From a virus (Duplodnaviria; Heunggongvirae; Uroviricota; Caudoviricetes): a DNA stretch of 5,126 bases. Shown piece by piece: positions 1-5,126 of the stretch. The notes beneath the pieces were generated by a model. The model ran no database searches. It saw nothing but the letters and a program-made list of their open reading frames with translations, and was not told the DNA's origin. The position numbers and the translations under genes were made by a program. Position 1 is the stretch's first letter. Every line of letters begins with the position of its first letter. Where the stretch lies: positions 1 to 5,126 of the IMG/VR virus record IMGVR_UViG_2778261416_000005; one strand, given 5' to 3'.

Positions 1-708
1 TTACCAACTATGAGACGACCAGAATACTCTGCCAATAATCCTTACGGTTTCATGAAATTCATCTCTATCCATTACTTCATCCGGGTACTCTTCGCGATTT
101 ATTGATCTGATTATCACCGATGTAGGGGTGGCGATTAATGTTTTTACTCGTAACAAATCAGACTGGCAAATAGCGTAGGTTTTACCATCTCTGATTGTGG
201 TATCTTGCGTGTTAACACCAACAACATCGCCATCGTGAAGCGTTGGTTCCATGCTTTGCCCTACAACCCTAACTAGCTTGGCTGATCTTTCTGATACTCC
301 CATCTTTTTCAGATAGTGCTTTCTGAAAACCAAAGAGAACTCCGATGATTCCTCTAGCTCGCAGCTACCGCTTCCAGCTGAAAGCGAAACGTTAAGAAGA
401 GGCAACGCAACAAACTCGTCATCGTTTCTTTTAATGTCTTCCCATACCACAGCTTTTAAAGATGACTCACGGACATTGGATGGTTCTTCATGTGCACCAT
501 CCCTCATTTCACCAATACCAGAACTAAGCCATTCAGGGCGCACTTTTAAAGCATTGGCTAATTCAACCATCTTGCGAGATCCGTTTGTTTTACCGGACGA
601 CATCTTCTGTATGGCTGGCTGAGATATTCCAACCATGTCAGCAAGCTGTGATTGTGATACCCCTGCCGAGCTCATGGCTGCATTTAGTCTTTCTGCGAAT
701 GTTTTCAT
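1..708 (-). CDS. cI-like prophage repressor (N-terminal HTH, C-terminal S24/LexA-type autopeptidase domain)
   Basis: Translation shows an HTH segment (QSQLADMVGISQPAIQKM), a putative Ala-Gly cleavage site (LSAGSG), and S24 catalytic motifs (Ser in GQSMEP, Lys in RVKTL). Stop codon is at 1-3. The track ORF 1..738 begins with TTG; the first ATG is at 706-708 and a GTG at 712-714. The ATG start is preferred because the upstream operator palindromes begin at 721. Confidence 0.85.
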   Translation of the reverse strand: MKTFAERLNAAMSSAGVSQSQLADMVGISQPAIQKMSSGKTNGSRKMVELANALKVRPEWLSSGIGEMRDGAHEEPSNVRESSLKAVVWEDIKRNDDEFVALPLLNVSLSAGSGSCELEESSEFSLVFRKHYLKKMGVSERSAKLVRVVGQSMEPTLHDGDVVGVNTQDTTIRDGKTYAICQSDLLRVKTLIATPTSVIIRSINREEYPDEVMDRDEFHETVRIIGRVFWSSHSW

Positions 709-720
709 ACCCACAAATCT

Positions 721-783
721 ATAACTACGGTTATCCAAAGTAAAATAACAAAGGTTATTGCTATTTTTTATAACTTGAGTTAT
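721..783. promoter_or_regulatory. Tripartite operator array (OR-like) in the divergent cI/cro promoter region
   Basis: Three 14-bp sites with perfect inverted half-sites ATAAC-N4-GTTAT at 721-734, 745-758 and 770-783, centres 24 and 25 bp apart. They lie between the divergent repressor and cro-like genes. A possible PR -10 (TATAAG, 791-796) and an SD (AAGAGG, 807-812) precede the cro ATG. Confidence 0.55.
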
Positions 784-819
784 CTTTGGTTATAAGTAAT
801 GACCACAAGAGGTATGCTC

Positions 820-1044
820 ATGAATTTAGTAATTCAACGAGCCTTGAAAATTGTCGGTAGCCAAAAGCGCCTTGCCGACAAGTGTGGTGTAACGCAGCCA
901 GCAGTACACAAATGGCTGAAAGGCGGGTTGGTCTCTCCAGAGAAAGTTACCGCCATCGTTAACGCCACTGGAGGGCAGATCAAGGCTTACGAAATTCGCC
1001 CCGATTTGCCACACCTGTTTCCAAAACCGAATCAGGCAGCATAA
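820..1044 (+). CDS. Cro-like HTH regulator (Cro/YdaS-type small DNA-binding protein)
   Basis: A 74-aa ORF divergent from the repressor. SD AAGAGG at 807-812 sits 7 nt before ATG 820; in-frame ATGs at 799 and 814 lack a usable SD. Small basic protein with an HTH-like segment (GVTQPAVHKWLKGG). Stop TAA at 1042-1044. Confidence 0.75.
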   Translation: MNLVIQRALKIVGSQKRLADKCGVTQPAVHKWLKGGLVSPEKVTAIVNATGGQIKAYEIRPDLPHLFPKPNQAA

Positions 1045-1051
1045 GTAACAC

Positions 1052-1097
1052 CGCTCTTTAACAGTCATGGTCTTCATTCCCGCCGAAATGCGGGAAT
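1052..1097 (+). promoter_or_regulatory. nutR-like site: boxA (CGCTCTTTA) plus boxB-like hairpin
   Basis: boxA-like CGCTCTTTA at 1052-1060 follows the cro stop. An 8-bp perfect stem ATTCCCGC/GCGGGAAT (1076-1083 with 1090-1097) encloses a CGAAAT loop, which is GNRA-like. Position between cro and cII matches lambdoid nutR. Confidence 0.5.
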
Positions 1098-1102
1098 ACA
1101 AC

Positions 1103-1137
1103 GCGCATAAGTTGATGCGCATAACTTCTTATTTGTT
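1103..1137 (+). terminator. Candidate tR1-like hairpin upstream of cII
   Basis: Perfect 6-bp stem GCGCAT/ATGCGC (1103-1108 with 1115-1120) followed by a T-rich but interrupted tract ATAACTTCTTATTTGTT. Weak as an intrinsic terminator; lambda tR1 is Rho-dependent. Confidence 0.25.
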
Positions 1138-1180
1138 AAGGAAATACTTACATATGGTTCGTGCAAACAAACGCAACGAG
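1137..1180 (-). promoter_or_regulatory. PRE-like CII-activated promoter (TTGC-N6-TTGC boxes inside the cII 5' end)
   Basis: On the minus strand, TTGCGTTTGTTTGC lies at 1163-1176 (codons 3-8 of cII) and AAGTAT is the -10 at 1144-1149. This matches the lambda PRE architecture as I recall it. Confidence 0.6.
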
Positions 1181-1447
1181 GCTCTACGAATCGAGAGTGC
1201 GTTGCTTAACAAAATCGCAATGCTTGGAACTGAGAAGACAGCGGAAGCTGTGGGAGTTGATAAGTCGCAGATCAGCAGGTGGAAGAGGGACTGGATTCCA
1301 AAGTTCTCAATGCTGCTTGCTGTTCTTGAATGGGGTGTCGTTGACGACGACATGGCTCGATTAGCACGACAAGTTGCTTCGATTCTCACCAATAAAAAAC
1401 GCCCGGCGGCAACCGAGCGTTCTGATCAAATACAAATGGAATTTTAA
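1154..1447 (+). CDS. cII: CII transcriptional activator, near-identical to phage lambda CII
   Basis: A 97-aa protein MVRANKRNEALRIESALLNKIAMLGTEKTAEAVGVDKSQISRWKRDWIPKFSMLLAVLEWGVVDDDMARLARQVASILTNKKRPAATERSDQIQMEF, matching lambda CII from memory with about two substitutions. The upstream sequence TAAGGAAATACTTACAT ATG is also lambda-like. The track ORF 1067..1447 is an unsupported upstream extension. Confidence 0.92.
   Translation: MVRANKRNEALRIESALLNKIAMLGTEKTAEAVGVDKSQISRWKRDWIPKFSMLLAVLEWGVVDDDMARLARQVASILTNKKRPAATERSDQIQMEF
1391..1420 (-). terminator. Intrinsic terminator of the oop-like RNA
   Basis: On the minus strand, a 7-bp stem CGCUCGG/CCGGGCG (one G-U pair) with a 6-nt loop is followed by UUUUUUAUU (plus-strand A-tract at 1391-1399). 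Confidence 0.6.
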
Positions 1448-1458
1448 CAACATCCAAC
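1391..1458 (-). ncRNA. oop: oop-like antisense RNA overlapping the cII 3' end
   Basis: The minus strand reads ...CAGAACGCTCGGTTGCCGCCGGGCGTTTTTTATT, matching the 3' half of lambda OOP RNA as recalled. A perfect TATAAT -10 on the minus strand at 1465-1470 overlaps the next gene's start codon, as pO does in lambda. The 5' end is approximate. Confidence 0.55.
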
Positions 1459-1469
1459 GAGGTAATTAT

Positions 1470-1661
1470 ATGCGAAACAAAGGCTTTAATCCACCTGATA
1501 CACACAAAGAAGCTAAGCGTTTGCGCTTCCTTCGTTCCATTGATGAAAGAACTCAAATCTCTTTTGTGAAAGTTGCCAGAACTGAGCTTCTTAAGGCTGA
1601 GGCGAGGGCGTTGCTCCCGTCTCTATCCGCACAACGCAGATGGACGGTCTGTTGGCAATGA
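1470..1661 (+). CDS. Hypothetical protein (63 aa) at the position normally occupied by replication gene O
   Basis: SD GAGG at 1459-1462 sits 7 nt before ATG 1470, just after the cII stop. No family recognised. The track ORF 1374..1661 is the same frame extended upstream into cII. May be the N-terminal part of a frameshifted gene continuing in the 1573..1914 frame. Confidence 0.45.
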   Translation: MRNKGFNPPDTHKEAKRLRFLRSIDERTQISFVKVARTELLKAEARALLPSLSAQRRWTVCWQ

Positions 1662-1914
1662 AGCAAATGGTAATTATCGATGGTACGACTACTGCAATAA
1701 CCCCGTCGATGCATGGCCGATTATTGATGACAACGAAATAGCGTTAATCCCATCAAACGACTTTGGTTGGGTTGCTATAAGTGGTTTGATGTTAAATGGC
1801 TGTTCTTCGTACATTGATCAACGTCTTGATGGTTGTTTTCAGCATAGTGATACAAACCCACTCCGCGCCGCCATGATCGTATTTCTCATGATGCAGGACG
1901 CCAATAATGCTTAG
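1573..1914 (+). CDS. Hypothetical protein, start unresolved (open frame without an ATG until 1789; possible frameshifted gene or pseudogene)
   Basis: Long open frame with protein-like composition (…[42 protein letters not shown]…). It opens with TTG and has no SD. An ATG at 1658 overlaps the stop of the preceding ORF (ATGA) but is in a third frame that closes at 1741. By position this could be a YbcN/NinE-type nin protein, but I cannot confirm it. Confidence 0.3.
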   Translation: MPELSFLRLRRGRCSRLYPHNADGRSVGNEANGNYRWYDYCNNPVDAWPIIDDNEIALIPSNDFGWVAISGLMLNGCSSYIDQRLDGCFQHSDTNPLRAAMIVFLMMQDANNA

Positions 1915-2083
1915 CCCATCCCAATCCATTCAATACCAGAAAGAAAGCGTCGAGCGGGCTTTAACGTGCGCTAACTGCGGTCAGAAGCTGCATGTGCTGG
2001 AAGTTCACGTGTGTGAGCACTGCTGCGCAGAACTGATGAGCGATCCGAATAGCTCAATGTACGAGGAAGAAGACGATGAATGA
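1907..2083 (+). CDS. ninF: NinF-like small Cys-rich (zinc-ribbon-like) nin-region protein, 58 aa
   Basis: Manual translation gives [58 protein letters not shown], with CxxC and CxxHCC motifs and an acidic tail. SD CAGGA lies 8 nt before the ATG. The start overlaps the upstream stop (ATG 1907, TAG 1912-1914) and the stop overlaps the antirepressor start by 8 nt. Absent from the ORF track because of length. NinF assignment is from memory of the lambda nin region. Confidence 0.6.
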   Translation: MLSPSQSIQYQKESVERALTCANCGQKLHVLEVHVCEHCCAELMSDPNSSMYEEEDDE

Positions 2084-2798
2084 GTTAATAAATGGCAATG
2101 CCATCAAAATGACAAGCATTGAAATCGCTGAGTTGGTGGGTAAGCGTCATGACAATGTGAAACGTACCATCGAAACGCTGGCTAAAAATGGTGTTATCCG
2201 GCTTCCTCAAATTGAGGTTTCCGAAAGAATCAATAACTTAGGGTTCAATGTTCAGTACGAGCATTACGTCTTCGAAGGCGAACAAGGTAAGCGAGATAGT
2301 ATTGTTGTTGTTGCCCAGTTGTCGCCAGAGTTCACCGCTCGCCTTGTTGACCGCTGGCGAGATCTTGAAGAAGCTGCGGTTAATATCCCCAAAACGCTAC
2401 CGGAAGCGTTGCGCCTTGCTGCTGATCTTGCTGAGCAGAAAATGCAACTGGAAAACCAGCTTGCAATTGCCGCACCTAAAGTTGAGTTTGCCGATCGCGT
2501 TGGCGAGGCCAGCGGAATTTTGATTGGAAACTTTGCAAAGGTTGTCGGTATTGGTCCAAACAAACTGTTTGCGTGGATGCGCGATCACAAAATCCTTATT
2601 GCTTCAGGTTCCCGGCGCAATGTGCCAATGCAGGAATATATGGATCGCGGCTATTTCACAGTGAAAGAAACAGCGGTCAACACAAATCACGGAATACAGA
2701 TATCGTTCACCACAAAAATCACCGGGCGTGGTCAACAGTGGCTGACCAGAAAGCTGCTCGATAACGGAATGCTGAAAGTAACAGGGGAGGCTGCTTAA
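2076..2798 (+). CDS. Phage regulatory protein Rha with C-terminal KilAC/ANT antirepressor domain
   Basis: A 240-aa ORF. The N-terminus (MTSIEIAELVGKRHDNVKRTIETLAKNG … LVDRW) fits the Rha domain. The C-terminus (FADRVGEASGILIGNFAKVVGIGPNKLFAWMRDHKILI … QEYMDRGYFTVKE) fits the KilAC/ANT domain. SD GAGGA lies 8 nt before ATG 2076. Confidence 0.88.
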   Translation: MNELINGNAIKMTSIEIAELVGKRHDNVKRTIETLAKNGVIRLPQIEVSERINNLGFNVQYEHYVFEGEQGKRDSIVVVAQLSPEFTARLVDRWRDLEEAAVNIPKTLPEALRLAADLAEQKMQLENQLAIAAPKVEFADRVGEASGILIGNFAKVVGIGPNKLFAWMRDHKILIASGSRRNVPMQEYMDRGYFTVKETAVNTNHGIQISFTTKITGRGQQWLTRKLLDNGMLKVTGEAA

Positions 2799-3088
2799 TG
2801 GCTAATCTACGCAAAGAAGCACGCGGCAGAGAATGCCAGGTACGTATTTACGGCGTATGCAATGGTAATCCTGAAACTACAGTTCTGGCACATTACCGGA
2901 TGGCTGGAATTTGCGGAACGGGAATGAAGCCTGACGACCTGATCGGCGCATGGGCTTGTAGCGCGTGTCACGATGAAATCGACCGACGCACCCATAATCT
3001 CGACAACAAAGACGCCAGACTTTACCACCTCGAAGGCGTGATCAGGACGCAGGCGATACTACTGAAGGAGGGGAAGATTAAGCCATGA
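2798..3088 (+). CDS. ybcO: YbcO-like DUF1364 protein (Cys/His-rich putative nuclease of lambdoid nin regions)
   Basis: A 96-aa ORF, MANLRKEARGRECQVRIYGVCNGNPETTVLAHYR…CSACHDEIDRRTH, resembling DLP12 YbcO as recalled. SD GGGGAGG lies 7 nt upstream; TAATG overlap with the antirepressor stop. Confidence 0.85.
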   Translation: MANLRKEARGRECQVRIYGVCNGNPETTVLAHYRMAGICGTGMKPDDLIGAWACSACHDEIDRRTHNLDNKDARLYHLEGVIRTQAILLKEGKIKP

Positions 3089-3447
3089 ACGAATATCAGT
3101 TTGTGCTTCCATACCCGCCGTCGGTGAATACCTACTGGCGAAGACGGGGAAGCCAATACTACATCAGCGATAAAGGCCAGAAATACCGAAAAGACGTTCA
3201 GCAAATCATCCGCCAACTTAAGTTAGACATTTTCACCAAATCACGACTCCGCATCAAAGTAATCGCAGACGTTCCGGACTCCCGCCGCCGCGACCTCGAC
3301 AACATCCTGAAAGGTTTACTCGACTCCCTTATCCACGCCGGATTTGCGGAAGACGACGAGCAATTCGATGACATTCGCGTAATTCGTGGTGTGAAAGTAC
3401 CAGGTGGAAGGCTTGGAATAAAAATCACCGAACTGGAGAACGCATGA
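3085..3447 (+). CDS. rusA: RusA Holliday junction resolvase (crossover junction endodeoxyribonuclease)
   Basis: A 120-aa ORF with RusA hallmarks (LPYPPSVNTYW…, PDSRRRDLDNILKGLLDSL…, GGRLGIKITE). SD AAGGAGGGG upstream; ATGA overlap with the ybcO stop. Confidence 0.9.
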   Translation: MNEYQFVLPYPPSVNTYWRRRGSQYYISDKGQKYRKDVQQIIRQLKLDIFTKSRLRIKVIADVPDSRRRDLDNILKGLLDSLIHAGFAEDDEQFDDIRVIRGVKVPGGRLGIKITELENA

Positions 3448-3632
3448 ACGCCACAATTCAAACGATACCAGAGCTTCTTATCCAGACACGAGGCAATCAG
3501 ACCGAAGTGGCAAGGATGCTTTCCTGCGCAAGAGGAACAGTGCTCAAGTACAACCGAGACAGCAAAGGCGAGCGTCACGTAATAGTTAACGGCGTCCTGA
3601 TGGTCAAACAGGGCAAAAGGGGAAGGCCATGA
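3444..3632 (+). CDS. ninH: NinH-like protein
   Basis: A 62-aa ORF, TIPELLIQTRGNQTEVARMLSCARGTVLKYNRDSKGERHVIVNGVLMV, matching lambda NinH (TIPDMLVEAYGNQTEVARRLKCSRGTVRKY…). ATGA overlap with the rusA stop. Confidence 0.85.
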   Translation: MNATIQTIPELLIQTRGNQTEVARMLSCARGTVLKYNRDSKGERHVIVNGVLMVKQGKRGRP

Positions 3633-3802
3633 GACTCGAAAGCGTAGCTAAATTTCATTCGCCAAAAAGCCCGATGATGAGCGACTCACCACGGGCTACG
3701 GCTTCTGACTCTCTTTCCGGTACTGATGTGATGGCTGCTATGGGGATGGCGCAATCACAAGCCGGATTCGGAATGGCTGCATTCTGCGGTACAGGGACAT
3801 AA
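3629..3802 (+). pseudogene. Q: Truncated late antiterminator Q (lambda-type N-terminal ~53 codons only)
   Basis: Manual translation from ATG 3629 (ATGA overlap with the ninH stop) gives MRLESVAKFHSPKSPMMSDSPRATASDSLSGTDVMAAMGMAQSQAGFGMAAFCG, then TGT and stop. This matches the lambda Q N-terminus as recalled, which continues KHELSQ… after FCG. Homology ends at about 3790. Confidence 0.75.
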
Positions 3803-3882
3803 AGATACAGGCCATTACCATCGAGAAGGCGGTATGGTTTTTCTTTCGGCTTTGCTGCTTCAATCTGCTTAACGGTGAGCAT
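3790..3882 (-). pseudogene. Integrase N-terminal fragment (P4/IntS-type arm-binding region, ~31 codons) truncated at a deletion junction
   Basis: Minus-strand translation from ATG 3882 gives MLTVKQIEAAKPKEKPYRLLDGNGLYLYVPV, a typical N-terminus of tRNA-associated P4-family integrases. Beyond about 3790 the reading frame is antisense Q sequence (…PQNAAIPNPACDC…). The track ORF 3655..3918 is this chimera with a GTG-start extension. Confidence 0.65.
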
Positions 3883-4043
3883 GGGTAAAAATCCGGTGGG
3901 TAAAATTATTTTATCCACTTTTTACCCGTCATGGAGTGCGGCTGTCAACGATCTGACGCGAACCATTACGAACTGTGAATCTACGGAAGTCTTGATATTC
4001 AGGGGATTTTGCGGACTGGTACGGATGGGAGCGAACTGATAAA

Positions 4044-4118
4044 TGGTGTCCCCTGCAGGAATCGAACCTGCAATTAGCCCTTAGGAGGGGCTCGTTATAT
4101 CCATTTAACTAAGAGGAC
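4044..4118 (-). tRNA. argW: tRNA-Arg (anticodon CCU)
   Basis: The 75-nt minus-strand sequence GTCCTCTTAGTTAAATGGATATAACGAGCCCCTCCTAAGGGCTAATTGCAGGTTCGATTCCTGCAGGGGACACCA has a 7-bp acceptor stem, an anticodon loop CUCCUAA and a terminal CCA. It matches E. coli argW as recalled. Confidence 0.95.
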
Positions 4119-4193
4119 AATGCGGCATGAGTATACCCGCTAATGGAGTGCGGGGTAAGTACGCTGCCGCTCGATTGCTTAAACCCTCGCCAT

Positions 4194-5126
4194 TTATGCC
4201 GGGTTTTTATAATTTTTCTTAATGTTTTCCGCACGTTCTGCTTTTTGGCGTGCTTCTGCTTTACGCTTATTGCTCATGTCGTTACGAATCTGTGCATGAC
4301 TCATTAACGCGAAGATAAAGGTGCCGCCGCAGATGTTCCCCGCTAAAGTAGGTAGTGCGAAGGGCCAGATGAAATCGCTCCAGTGCAGCGTACCGTTAAA
4401 CACCAGATAGAGGATTTCAACAGAACCGACCACGATATGGGTGGTGTCACCCAGGGCAATAAGCCAGGTCATCAATATAATCACCACAATCTTTGCCGCA
4501 CCCGCTGCAGGAAACATCCAAACCATAGTGGCGATCAGCCAGCCGGAAATGATCGCGTTGGCAAACATCTCGCTGGGGGTGTTCTTCATCACATCCATGC
4601 CGATTTTGACAAATGCATCGCGAGTTTCTTCATTGAAGATAGGCATATATTCAAATGCCCACGCCGCAATACCTGTCCCGAGAATATTACCCAGCAGCAC
4701 GACGCCCCATAACCGTATAAGTAAGCCGACGTTGCTCATTGTCGGTTTTTGCATGACGGGTAGTACCGCAGTCACGGTATTTTCGGTAAATAATTGCTGG
4801 CGGGCCATAATGACGATAATAAAACCAAAGGTATAACCGAGATTCTCCAGCAAGAAGCTGCCCGGCACACCTTCCAGTTCGACTTGAAATATCCCTTTTG
4901 CCAGTAACGAAGCGCCCATCGACAGACCCGCCGCAATGGCTGACCACAGTAGCGCCATTGCGTCGCGTTCCAGCTCTTTTTCACCATCCTGGCGGATATG
5001 CTCATGAATTGCCATCGCCCGGGAGGGGAGTCGGTCTTCATCTATTTCTATTTTTTTGCCGCGCTCTTTTTCTTCGCTCTCAACTTCAATTTCGTCGCTG
5101 TGTTGATCAATTTTGTCGTTGTCCAT
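4194..5126 (-). CDS. yfdC: Formate/nitrite transporter (FNT) family inner-membrane protein YfdC
   Basis: A 310-aa ORF with multiple hydrophobic transmembrane segments and acidic/basic termini, consistent with E. coli YfdC, which neighbours argW. The ATG sits exactly at the window end (5124-5126); stop at 4194-4196. Confidence 0.9.
   Translation of the reverse strand: MDNDKIDQHSDEIEVESEEKERGKKIEIDEDRLPSRAMAIHEHIRQDGEKELERDAMALLWSAIAAGLSMGASLLAKGIFQVELEGVPGSFLLENLGYTFGFIIVIMARQQLFTENTVTAVLPVMQKPTMSNVGLLIRLWGVVLLGNILGTGIAAWAFEYMPIFNEETRDAFVKIGMDVMKNTPSEMFANAIISGWLIATMVWMFPAAGAAKIVVIILMTWLIALGDTTHIVVGSVEILYLVFNGTLHWSDFIWPFALPTLAGNICGGTFIFALMSHAQIRNDMSNKRKAEARQKAERAENIKKNYKNPA

Noticed and set aside
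434-622. 62-aa plus-strand ORF inside the repressor gene
   Set aside because: Lies entirely antisense within the well-supported cI-like CDS and has no SD or recognisable domain. Treated as a shadow ORF.
826-1122. 98-aa minus-strand ORF overlapping the cro-like gene and nut region
   Set aside because: Antisense to the cro-like CDS and spans the nutR hairpin. No start context. Most likely spurious.
1129-1392. 87-aa minus-strand ORF and 67-aa plus-strand ORF (1161..1364) overlapping cII
   Set aside because: Both overlap the near-lambda cII, which is clearly the real gene. They are alternative-frame or antisense artifacts.
1374-1469. Upstream extension of the 1470 ORF (track start 1374)
   Set aside because: The extension overlaps the cII 3' end and the oop region. 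The SD-supported ATG is at 1470, so the shorter start is preferred.
1470-1914. Toxin-antitoxin pair interpretation for the small overlapping ORFs after cII
   Set aside because: The second frame has no credible start and neither product resembles a known toxin or antitoxin fold by eye. The frame pattern is better explained by an indel in one gene.
2248-2764. Four ORFs (2248..2523 +, 2264..2563 -, 2397..2588 -, 2573..2764 +) within the antirepressor gene
   Set aside because: All nested in alternative frames or antisense inside the 240-aa Rha/KilAC CDS. Low-complexity translations with no start signals.
2807-3578. Minus-strand ORFs 2807..3028, 3022..3216 and 3198..3578
   Set aside because: Antisense to ybcO, rusA and ninH, which have strong family signatures and coupled starts. 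Treated as shadow ORFs.
3815-3848. Plus-strand hairpin (ACCAT…ATGGT) followed by TTTTTCTTT
   Set aside because: Short 5-bp stem with a 12-nt loop inside the integrase-fragment region. Too weak to call a terminator.
3655-3918. 87-aa minus-strand ORF taken as an intact gene
   Set aside because: Only residues 13 to about 44 (MLTVKQ…YLYVPV) look like an integrase N-terminus. The rest is antisense Q sequence and the first 12 residues depend on a GTG extension. It is a chimeric reading frame across a deletion junction.
4383-5041. ORFs 4383..4712 +, 4441..4836 +, 4687..4947 - and 4772..5041 - within yfdC
   Set aside because: All lie in alternative frames or antisense inside the 310-aa yfdC transporter CDS. 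No independent support.
1-5126. CRISPR arrays, IS elements or transposase genes, rRNA
   Set aside because: No regularly spaced direct repeats, no terminal inverted repeats flanking a transposase-like ORF, and no rRNA-like sequence were seen.

Overview
This window is the right-hand end of a defective lambdoid prophage, fused to a truncated integrase next to tRNA-Arg (argW) and the chromosomal gene yfdC. All calls are from reading the sequence and recalled protein families; no database search was run. Left to right: a cI-like repressor (minus strand), a divergent operator/promoter region with three ATAAC-N4-GTTAT palindromes, a Cro-like gene, a nutR-like boxA/boxB site, a near-lambda cII with its PRE boxes and an oop-like antisense RNA, a poorly resolved two-frame ORF region where replication genes O/P would normally sit, then a translationally coupled nin-type operon (NinF-like miniprotein, Rha/KilAC antirepressor, YbcO-like, RusA, NinH) ending in a Q antiterminator gene cut off after about 53 codons. 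The Q fragment is joined at about position 3790 to the first ~31 codons of a convergent P4/IntS-type integrase, followed by argW and yfdC. No CRISPR array, IS element or rRNA was seen. I did not find a clearly novel system: the only sequence without a recognisable family is 1470-1914, and the rest is mosaic phage biology of known types. Several short genes (NinF-like, truncated Q) fall below the ORF-track length cutoff and were found by manual translation.
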